Assembly: GCF_964355755.1 (NCBI RefSeq)
Contig: NC_092673.1
Location: 28,951,648-29,015,647 of the forward strand
Source of the DNA: Antedon mediterranea
Taxonomy: Eukaryota; Animalia; Echinodermata
Length of the DNA: 64,000 nucleotides
Direction of reading: 5' to 3'
In this document: piece after piece, positions 39,401-51,400 of the stretch
Position numbering within the stretch: the stretch's first letter is position 1
Layout: every line of letters begins with the position of its first letter
The notes under the pieces: generated by a model
What the model was told of the DNA's origin: nothing
The model's input: only the letters and a program-made list of their open reading frames with translations
The model's database searches: none
Position numbers and translations under genes: made by a program

Positions 39401-42400
39401 TATGTGTCCTCCAAATTATTTCCCCAACTACTTTACCGAAATTCCATGTTCAGTCAACAATATTTGTCCCAATGGTATGATATGCTGTCTGGATTCTAAA
39501 GATAGTCGGATCTGTGCTTATCCAAAAACCAAGTCTTTAATATCTGGTAAGTTTTCAAATTATTTTATTATTGTTTTATATATTGTTTGAAGGTTTGCAT
39601 GGCGAAATCAAATGTTGATATAAAGTTTGCGGTACACCATGTATATTAGTTCTGAAAAGATCTGTTGAGTTTCTCGACGTTTCGATCAATGCTTTGACCG
39701 TCCTCAGGAGTGCAGTGGCGCGGTATGCAGTGGCGGCATTGCAGTGGCGGCATTGTAGTGGCGGCATTGCAGCATTGCAGTGGCGGCATTGCAGTGGCAG
39801 CATTGCAGTGGCGGCATTACAGTGGTGGCATTGTAGTGGCAGCATTGCAGTGGCGGCATCGCAGTGGCGGCATTGCAGTGGCGGCATCGCAGTGGTGACA
39901 TTGCAGTGGCGTCATTGCAGTTGTGTCATTGCAGTGGCGGCATCGAAGTGGCGGCATCGCAGTGGCCGCATCGCAGTGGCGCCATCGCAGTGGCGGCATT
40001 ACAGTGTGGTGTATTCATCCTTGCAAAATGAGAATAGGAAGCCTACCATCATTAAAATCTTTGTACAGAATTGTTATTGGGATTGTTAAATTAGTCAAAC
40101 TTTGACTCGCTTCTTTACTCGCACAAAATGGTTGTTACTGAAACTGTTATCATACGCCACGAATATATTACTTCCAGAGTGCTATAAAATGGGCGATGCT
40201 GTGGATTATCGAGGCTCAGTCAATACAACCATCTCCGGTAAAGCGTGCCAGTATTGGACCTCGCAGATACCTCATAAGCATGCACGGACAACGGTAAAAT
40301 ATCCTGACAAAGGTTTGGGAGATCACAACCTCTGCCGTAACCCTGATGGAGAGGTTTCTGCTTGGTGTTACACAACAGATCCGACTACGAGGTACGAAAT
40401 GTGTGACATTGGCAATCCGGGAGAAAACTGCGGAACACCAGGTAGGAGTTTTTAAGTGTGTTGTATAGTTATTAATTTTAAATTATTTATAAATAAATTA
40501 CTTAATTATGAAAATCAACATTGTTATGCTTCTTTAAATGATTTAAATTACTTGTATTGTGTTGTAGTTTTTAAACCCAGTTTGAGTAAAAATTAAAATA
40601 TCAAATACCGTAAGTAATATTTGTACCCACATGTATTCAATAATTTTTCATTTATTCCAGAACTTAATTCCATGTGTCCTGAGAGCAACAATCACGTGTT
40701 TTTCACAAATATTGCTTGCTCCTCTGACAATGAGTGTGAGGAAGATCTTTTATGCTGTTTTAGAGAATCTGTTGGCCAAGTCTGTGCTTTCTCAAAAACA
40801 AAGAACTTAGTTACAGGTAATTAAGTTTAGTGTACATATCCTGCTCTGAGTATGCTGTAAGGTCAATATAAAGAACACTTTCTCATGAAGAAAACCAGAA
40901 AAATATCTTTAACACTACAGCTAACCTCTATTAAAGGGACACGATGTTGGCCCTAAAGGTGTCCCCTGAATATGGGTTGATGCTGCAGAACTGCGCATAC
41001 ATTATTTAAATTTTTTAAGCATGACTAGAGATACCAAATTATTTTCTAGTATACATAATGACATATATTATGCAATCATTAGTTTCACAAAAATTGTTTA
41101 GGTTTTTTTGGATTTTTTTTCAGAGTTAAATTCTTTGTGTCCTTTAAGTTCATTTCCTGGTTATTTCACAAACATTGCCTGCGGAACGGATGATGATTGC
41201 CCCAGTGATCTGTTATGTTGTCATGGTGATAATGTAGGCCAGGCATGTGCATTTTCAAAGACCAAGTCTTTAATATCTGGTGAGTTTCTGTTGTCGGCCT
41301 AATTTCAAATCATTTATTATGACATAATGAATTTCATTTGTATATGTGAACAGCAAGGATGCGTGCTGTGCCACACTTAAAGAGTTCAGAGCCATCTCTG
41401 CTACACAAGGCATTATTCCCCACCTTCCCCCTCCCCCAACTTTTTCTGCATCTATCATCCCTTTATGATAATCAAAATCTACCGTTTTCAGAATCCCTTT
41501 GTGATATACTTTACCCAAAATCTACTTTTCAGAATCCCTTTGTGATATACTTTACCCAAAATCTACTTTTCAGAATCCCTTTGTGATATACTTTACCCAA
41601 AATCTACTTTTCAGAATGTTACAAAATAGAGAATGCCGTAGATTATCGAGGTGCAGCCAATACAACCATCTCTGGTAAAGCTTGTCAATCCTGGACCTCG
41701 CAGACACCTCATAAACATACAAGACGGCAAGACAGGTATCCAGACTCTGGTGTAGGAGATCACAACCTCTGCCGTAACCCTGATAAGGAGTCTTCTGCCT
41801 GGTGCTACACAACCGATCCAAAGACAAGATGGGAGGTGTGTGATATTGGAAGACCTGGACAAAATTGCGGATTAGGTAAGAACAATGAACACAGTTAGTT
41901 GTACTTTTTAACTTGTTTCGCACTCATTGCTTTGCGGACAATGAATGAGGAAGATCACCTATGTTGTTTAAAGCTCTGTCTACACAAACTTTATGTGACA
42001 AAACAATGTGATGTGCCCATATTGACACGATGATGTCATATCACTACTGTATTTGGGCATATCACTACCATATTTGGGCACATCACACTTTTTTTTGTCA
42101 AACTAGTTTGATGTGTATACAGAACGTAGACAGTCCATGTGGGTACCAAACTAAGGAACCTTCTGCATATCCAAGAAATGTTATTAAGCATGTTTTTGTT
42201 GTAAATGACCAAATAAATCTTGTACATTCGTGTAACAGGTTCGTACTACTAGCGTCGTAGCTTTATCGCGTAGTATTTTCCGGAGCTGCAGCACTGGCAC
42301 AAACACAATAAAATCATCCACAGAGACAGTTCTTGGTTTGGAAAAGTTAAATTCTTTTATTGAAGCTAGTAACCAGTCGGAAGGAGATATAACAAAAACA

Positions 42401-45400
42401 GTGTTACTATATTTAAAATAACATATCAGTGATCGATCGATCGTATCATTAACGACAGTATAGGCTACTTTTGCGTTGTGTCTAGTATATTCAATCAAAT
42501 AACTAATCAACTATATTAACTTAAAACAATTCTAAAATTAAGAGAGATAAAAATATAGATGCTTACCTAGTAACCAGTCAGAAGGAGATGAAAACCTTCA
42601 CTTTGGGCTAGGCACTAGTAAGTGTCATCCATTCCCAGTTGGGTACTATGACAATTTTTAACCGATGGTATATACATTTACCATAACGTTATTTCGTAGT
42701 TTACAGACCGATTGTATTGTAACTTGAGTCATACACATGTAATTATCAATTTAAATTCGGTTATACAAAAAAAGAAACTATTAAAAATGCAAATCAATTA
42801 ACAAAATCCCTTGTCCATTTATGAACTGACCCATACTGAAACATACACTAAATATTCATGACCATTTTCCCGCCACTTGGATGAGGTGACTCATCTATTT
42901 ATAGCATGGTCACTTATCATTCTAGCTTTTACTTTAATGGGTCCCACAAGGTTTCTCAGATTCAAGTCAGATTCAGCAGATAAATCATTCAAGTATTTGG
43001 GTATAAGCATACCTGTTACCCTGTTACATTCGTATATACAGGATGTATTAGAATTTGTTTTCTTCATTTCCAGAACTTAATTCCATGTGTCCTAAGAGCA
43101 ACAAACACATGTTTTTCACAAATATTCCTTGTTCCTCTGACAATGAATGTGAGGACGATCTTTTATGCTGTTTTAGAGAATCTGCTGGCCAAGTCTGTGC
43201 TTTCTCAAAAACAAAGGAAATAAAATCTGGTATGTGTTAAATTTAAATATATATGTTTTATTGTTCTTTATGAAAACTGAGAATGGACAAGGTTTATACA
43301 AATCTTACATGATAGTTAACAATAAATATATTTATTTTAAAAATTACTAATATTCTTGTTTCAATTTTAATTAACATCATTTTCATAAAAATCATCATTA
43401 CTTCTTTTAATACTTTTACTCAAATTTTAGCGGGTATTAGGAAGCTTTCACATTGCGATGACTGATGACTATCTCATGTTAGTTCATTGTGCACATGCAG
43501 ATATATTGGAATGTGTGTCCTTGCCCCCCAACCCCCACCACAGGCAACGACAAGACATAATTATTTATGATATTTTTGTATATATAGTTTGAATGTTTTG
43601 CTTACTTTTTATATTTTTATATTTACTGTATATGGAGAAATCTGAAATAAAATAATAATAATAATAATAGAGATATGTAGGTTGGTCGTTGGTTGTCACA
43701 AATTAAAAGCTTTGTATTTTTACCAATCATAATCTTCATTTTCATTGTTGATATAATCATAATCATTTTTATTACTACTTTATTATTTTTAAAATTCAGT
43801 ATCGTAATCTTAATTTATATAGTCACAATGAAAGCAAACGCTCTGAAAAAAATCCAACTAGAATTAGTTGTTTGCGATGCTCATTCAACCTTAAGCTCTG
43901 TCTACACTATCAAACAATGACCAAAAATGTGATGTGCCCATATACGGACATGATGATGTCATATATCACTATCATATTTGGACATATCACTACCATATTT
44001 GGGCACATAACACATTTTTGTCAAACTAGTTTGATAGTATAGACAGAGCTTTATTTAAAAAAATCAAGTTGTTTTTGTTTATGCAATTGCGGCGAAAATT
44101 CTTATTTTTATTTCAGAGCCTATAGTAATTGCTTGATGGCTTGATGAGTTTTCCTAAGTCATTTAATTGTCATACATTAAGCATGTCTCTTTTTTTTTTT
44201 CATTTTTCAATAAACATCTTTAATAAAAATTAACGCATGTTTTAGAGTGGCACTCTGAGAAATATCCAGAGTGCTTTAGAATGGCAGATGCTGTAGATTA
44301 CCGAGGCTCAGTCAATACAACTGAAACCGGTAAAGCGTGCCAACCTTGGACCTCACAGACACCTCATGGTCATACAAGAACGTCAGTAAACTACCCTGAT
44401 ATGGGTTTGGGAGATCACAACCTATGCCGTAACCCTGATAGAGAGCCGTTTGCTTGGTGTTACACGGCAGATCCAACGTCAAGGTGGGAAGTTTGTGATA
44501 TTGGAAAACCTGGAGAAAATTGTGGAGGGACAGGTATGATTGTGAGAAGTGCTTAATCATCTCATTATGCTTCTCTGTTTTCATTACATTTTTTTGTTAT
44601 TTTGTGAATGTCTAGAATTTGAAATTATTAATAACTTTTAATTAATTACAATTTATTGTCATAGTCATCACTATTGTATATTTTCACAAACATTTTCAAA
44701 AATTGTTATAGATTGTATTCTATTTTTGTCTTTATTTTTCACATTATTATTAAATCTTATCATTGTTTAATTATTTTTATCATTTAATTTTATCGTATTA
44801 TTTTTTTATTAATAAATTCAATTTGCTGTAGTTTTAATGGTTACTCAATGTGCACTTTTCCATTCCTACTTACATATGCTAAATCTTTAATATCTGGTAA
44901 GTTTCATTGATTTTGGATTATTTTGTGAAAAGCACAAGTGAAAGATAGAAATTGGAAAAATACACTCTTTTGAATAAATGTGCTTGCCCTCCAATCCCAA
45001 GGTATGGTGTTCAATCCTGACCTAGGGCCAGGGTTGTAACTCACCACTCTTTCAACTCCCCTCGCTAACTATCAAATGAGTTTATAAGCACAATAAATTT
45101 AATTATTCAAATAGTTTATCTATCCTGTAATTGGTGAGTTACTCGCTGTTGGATGCGTATGAAATAAGAAAAGTATACACGATTTTTTAAATAATTAAAT
45201 AAATAAATAAAGATCCTGACAGAATCAAGAGGTTATATGCATGATAATGCATATAACCTAATTATTCAGATAGTATATCAATCCTGTAATTGGTGAGTTA
45301 CTCGCTGTTGGATGCGTATGAAATAAGAAAAATATATATACGATTTAAAAAATAATTAAATAAATAAATGAAAAAAATGTTTTTTTCCCTCAGAGAATAA

Positions 45401-48400
45401 TCCTACTCTTCTACCTGGCTTTCACTTGTCAGGATATGAATGCAATACAGTGCATGACTGTATAAACATCTTTGGTCCCAATGCAATTTGCTGTAATTCC
45501 AATGGTCACCTAGTATGCGCTGAACCTACATATGCTAAATCTTTAATATCTGGTAAGTTTCATTGATTTTGGATTATTTTGTGAAAAGCACAAGAGTGGA
45601 GGGTGCAATGATGCTATATATGTAATCAAGCAGATCCAGGAAATTGCATATCGCTCAAATCGCAATTAACTCTATACATGCTTCATTGATTTAACAGCAG
45701 CATTCGACCATGTGAATCGTAATCTTCTTTTCCTAAGCGTTCGTAATACTAGGTTTCACTTAAACCAGAGTCTACTACTATGATTGACATAATACAATCA
45801 CTGTACAGCTCAACGAAAGCTGACGACGATCCGATAAGTTTGAAACATCTTCTGGTGTGCGACAGGGTGGTATTGAGAGTACCAGCATGTTTAACCAATA
45901 TTTTGATTACGTTATTAGAGTGTTCAAACAACGCTGTAAAGATGCTAGTTTGGATGGATGGCCTAATGATACAATACCTAATTCCTATTGAAGCTACAAA
46001 TCGTGCTCAAAGATGTAAAGCACCGTCAAGGGGCATCTGTATGACGACTTTGAAAGTGGCTATGCTGACGACTTTGCTGTAAGCTCCTGGTCACAAGAAG
46101 AACTGCAAACCATTGTGAACATCTTGAATGAAGTTGGTCGGGAATTTGGTCTAAGAATTAGTGCCCCAAAAACAGAAACCATTATATGGAACTGGAAAGA
46201 GGAAGTTGAAGAATACCTAAGATGCATCATACAAATTGGCGGCGTACACATTAACAAAGTAACACACTTTAGATACCTTGGTGTATGGGCTACCTACAAT
46301 GATGTTCATATTGGAGATCAAGAAGAAAAATACAGAATCAATTCAGCCAAAGGAGCATTTGCAGAGAATAGGGCATTGCTTACCAACAGAACAATCCACC
46401 AACAAACAAGAATGATGTTTCTTAATGGTCTAGTTAGGAGTAGACTCACCTATGGTTGCCATGCTTGGAGGGCAACAGGAAGTGAAATGTCCAAACTTAG
46501 CACAACATACAAAACCTTCCTAAGAAGAATGCTAGTGAATGGCTTTCAAAGGGTCTGCCCACCAAACCATGTTGACATATCCTCAGATGAAGCAACAGAT
46601 GAAAACTATATAGACTGGCGTTACATAATTGATAATGACTATCTCTACAAAATTACTGGCTGTCAACTGCTAGAAGAATATGTCTACAAGCAACAATTCA
46701 ACTGGATCGGACATGTAATTAGAAAAGAAAATGAAGATCCTACAAAAATTCTTACTTTTCACACAAAATAAACGAAGAGGTCGGAAGATACCATCAGTAC
46801 TTGATAGAGTTGTACAACAAAGTCAACTTACTAGATGCAACTTCATTGGAGCCTGCTTCAACAGAAATTTATAATTCCCAGCAATGTTTTAACTGTATAT
46901 ATGAACTGTTTTATAAGTTGTTTTGTGACTGTGCAATTTGGTAGTAGTCACTCTCGTACAGTACATTTAAAAGTAACACACCCAAATGCCAACTTTAAGT
47001 CAATGGCTACCAGATGTCTCTGTGAGACGGTTATTTGAACCAGTACCAGTACCAGTACAAGTAAAAGATAGAAATTGGAAAAATACACTCTTTTGAATAA
47101 ATGTGCTTGCGTTGCTTTTTTTTTTATATATTTAAGGACCCCATTGGAATTAAGTTGATTTTTCTCTCGACTTTATGGGCTACTAGTAGGCATGTTAAGG
47201 AGCATATCTTAGGCAAATCCTTCAAATTGTGATAACATTTTGAAACTTTGCACAGTTTATTCATTAGGGTGTCAAAAATATGAAATGGAAGGGTTGCACA
47301 AAATTTGGTCAGGGGAAAGCCGCCATTTTGGATTTCAAAATGGCGGACCTCAAATTTTCACTTGTCAGGTATATCTCTGCTAAAGAGGCACCTAGAGTTC
47401 TGATTTTACATGCAAAATATATGGTAGTGGGGTCACCAAACATATTGGTATAATTAACATTTGATTGCATGGCGGCCATGTTGGATTTCAAAATGGCGGA
47501 CTTCAAATGTTCACTTTTCAGGTATATCTCTGCTAAAAAGGCACCTAGAATTCTGATTTTATGTGCAAATTATAATTATGGTAATGGGGTCACCAAACAT
47601 ATTTGTATAACTAACATTTTGATTGCATGGTGGCCATGTTGGATTTCAAAATGGCGGACCCCAATAACTTTCCAGGTATATCTCTGCTAAAAAGGTACAC
47701 AGTGCTCTGATTTTAGGTGCAAATTATATGGTAATGGGTCACCAAATATATTGCTATTTAACTAACACTTTGATTACATGGCGGCCATTTTGAATTTCAA
47801 AATGGCAAGCTCAGAATATTTCAGTACGGCCGGTACCTACAGTTATAATTTTAGGTACAAAGTATAATATGGTATTGAGGTCAACAAACATATTGGTATA
47901 ACGTCTTTGATTGCATGGCGGCCATTTTGAATGTAGCTCAAACCTGGTAACCACACAGCTCTGTACATCATAAATCACTCTTTCTGCATTTACAGTGTCC
48001 AAGTCCAAGATCACAGTCGGTGTGTCACAGCGATTTGTGACATCTGAAAGTTCCGGCAATGAACTCCAAACTGGACTAAATTTGTTGCCGTCCTTCCTCC
48101 ATCCCCAGTTTGCTGGGTCCTGTTCAACCCTGAATGCATCTAGACAGTTGTACCACTTTCTGGCTTGTAGAAAAGACCGTTTCACATGTTCTCTTAATGC
48201 CGCAGATGTTGGGGGGATATTTTCAATAGTCTGTAGTAAAAAGATATCGTCTTGCATCATTTACCTTCTTTCTACATAGTTACAACAAACTGTTCTAGAT
48301 AATCTGTGTCACTAACATCCCCTACAGACAATGACATCGTCTCAAATTCCTTTCCTTGAACAGATGAAGTTGTATCAGAACTGCTAAAGGAATGAAAGAA

Positions 48401-51400
48401 CAAGTAAGCGGCTGATGCTTGTGATCCAAGAGAAGTAATCTTGTGTATTGAGATATACTTCAAGTGCTTCCCCACTCCAAACTCGATCCAAAGCTTGTGG
48501 ATGCCAGGTATTCTGTGGAAAGTTGACAATGAAATAACAACAACATCACTGTCTACAGTCTTGACAAGAATGCGCGGACAAATTTTAGCGACATGAACAA
48601 ACATACGTTCATCTGCCTCTTCTATGTTACATGGCATCAGCGGTTTTATATTTACAGACTGGTTTGTTACAGCTCTGTCTCGCTCTCAGAGACCCTACAA
48701 ACATTCCGTGATTTGTGTCAATGTTCTCTACTACTCTGATTTGTTGTCGTCATATCTCAAATATGTGGTCCAATTGTTGGGCATGCTCCTACTGGCTTTG
48801 ACGCCCCTCCTTAAACCAGAGCCGCGGTTTGAACGCGTACTAGCGCGTACTAGACTTTAAATCGTCGTTAAAGTATCTATCGAAAACCAAATCTGGTCAC
48901 GTCACTGATCGAAGTTGATGGTCTATATATGGTTGTACGACAAAATGAAGCACCATTAGTTGCTGCCAAGGTGTTAGATGGACCAGCAATAATCAATATG
49001 CTCAGGCCCAATGATTCGAAGACATTCATTGAGTATATATCAAGTGTCATACAACCATCAACTTCGATCAGTGACACGACTAGATTTGTTTTTCGATAGA
49101 TACTTTAACGACAGTTTAAAGGCTGGTACGCGTTCAAACCGCGTCTCTGGTGTAAGGAGGGTCGTTAAAGCCAGCAGGAGCTTGCCCAACAATTGGACCA
49201 CATTTTAGCTGTAACAAACCAGTAAATATACAATCGCTGATGCCATGTAACATAGAAGAGGCAGATGAACGTATGTTTGTTCACGTTAAACTTGCCGCTG
49301 AAATTTTCCACGCATTGTCAAGACTGTACACAGTGATGTTGTTGTCAGCTTTCCACAGAATACCTGGCATCCACGAGCTTCGGATCGAGTTTGGAGTGGG
49401 GAAGCACTTGAAGTACATCCCAATACACGAGATTGCTTCTTCTCTTGGATCACAAGCATCAGCCGCTTACTTGTTCTTTCATACCATTAGCGGTTGTGAT
49501 AGAACTTCATCTGTTTAAGGAAAAGGTAAAGCTACATTTAACGAGACTTTGAAAAAGATGCCATGTATGACTCCAGTTTTTGAGAGGATGTCATTGTCTG
49601 TAGGGCATGTTAGTGAAACAGACACAGATTATCTAGAACAGTTTGTTGTAACTATGTCTACTGCAGAACATTTAATGATGCAAGACGATATCTTTTTACA
49701 ACAAGAGAAAGACTATTGAAAATATCCCCCAACATCTGCAGCATTAAGAGAACTTGTGAAACGGAAGCCAGGAAGTGGTACGACTGTCTAGATGCATTCA
49801 GGGTTGAACAGGACCCAGCGAACTGGGGATAGAGGAAGGACGGCAACAAATTTAGTCCAGCTTGGAGTTCATTGCCGGAACTTTCAGATGTCACAAAGGT
49901 TTTAATTCGCTGTAGACACACCGACTGTGATCTTGGATGCTGTAAATGCAGAAAGAGTGATTTACGATGTACAGAGCTGTGTGGTTGCCAGGGAAAATGT
50001 GATCTACAATAAGTGTCCGTGTTAAATGCATGTAATTATGAACATAAACAAATAGTGTAAAGCCAGTACGGGTTGAGCTACATTCAAAATGGCCGCCATG
50101 CAATCAAAGACGTTATACCAATATGTTTGTTGACCTCAATACTATATTATACTTTGTACCTAAAATTATAACTGTAGGTACCGTACTGAAACATTTTGAG
50201 TTCGCCATTTTGAAATTCAAAATGGCCGCCATGCAATAAAAATGTCAGTTAAATACCAATATGTTTGGTTACCCATTACCATATAATTGGCACCTAAAAT
50301 CAGAACTCTGTGTACCTTTTTAGCAGAGATACCTGAAAAGTGAAAATTTGAAGTCCGCCATTTTGAAATCCAAAATGGCCGCCATGCAATCAAAATGTTA
50401 GTTATACCAATATGTTTGGTGACCCCATTTACATATAATTTGCACCTAAAATCAGAACTCTAGGTGCCTTTTTAGCAGAGATATGCCTGAAAAATGAAAA
50501 TTTGAAATCCGCCATTTTGAAATCCAACATGGCCGCCATGGAATCAAAATGTTAGTTATACCAGTATGTTTGGTGACCCCACTACCATATAATTTGCACC
50601 TAAAATCAGAACTCTAGGTGCCTCTTTAGCAGAAATATACCTAAAAAGTGAAAATTTGAAGTCCGCCATTTTGAAATCCAAAATGGCCGCCATGCAATTA
50701 AAATGTTAGTTATACCAATATGTTTGGTGACCCCATTACCATATAATTTGCACCTAAATTCAGAACTCTAGGTGCCTATTTAGCAGAGATATACCTGAAA
50801 AGTGAACAATTTGGGTCCGCCATTTTGAAATCCAAAATGGCGGCTTTCCCCTGACCAAATTTTGTGCAACCCTTCCATTTCATATTTTTGACACCCTAAT
50901 GAATAACTGTGCAAAGTTTCAGAATGTTATCACAATTTGAAGGATTGGGTCACTTAACAGGCCTACTATACCATTGGTTTATTATTTAATGTATTTTCTT
51001 GTAAATTATTTGTATTCATATTGTCTTGTAGTCTTATGTTGAAACCGAATAAAATCAGTTCAAATTTATAAATTAATGAAATATTAAATTGCAATCTATT
51101 TTCCCTCAGCGACTCGTGTTTGTCCAGTGTACCAGTGTAACTTTTTAAAGCATATTTTTACTTTTTAATTTTTGTAATCCTCATTGTTTTTCATGTTTTT
51201 GTTCTAATAATAGTAAACAAATAAAATAAAACATATAGTAGTATATGAAGTATAGCGTCTTCACCCATGTTCTGCTTTGATAGAGACTAACATTGACATT
51301 ATTTTATTTTTTTAAAGAAAAACCAAAATCAATAGTAGATAAAACATTGTCCGATTTACGACCTGATCAAATCATCCCAGAGGCGGAAGACAGAATACGA

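Noticed and set aside
39576-40105. Cys/His-rich ORFs on both strands (MPPLQCRHC.., LQWRHCSGG..)
   Set aside because: They are translations of the 14-bp minisatellite.
46115-46771. 218-aa ORF as a host gene
   Set aside because: It is the C-terminal part of a truncated, frameshifted LINE reverse transcriptase.
47811-49921. Paired ORFs as an intact transposase or a sense/antisense gene pair
   Set aside because: Both arms carry stops, frameshifts and deletions; these are transposon remnants.
51110-51136. 27-nt internal micro-exon of MYP
   Set aside because: Joining its terminal T to the next exon (AA..) creates TAA, so only the terminal-exon reading is retained.
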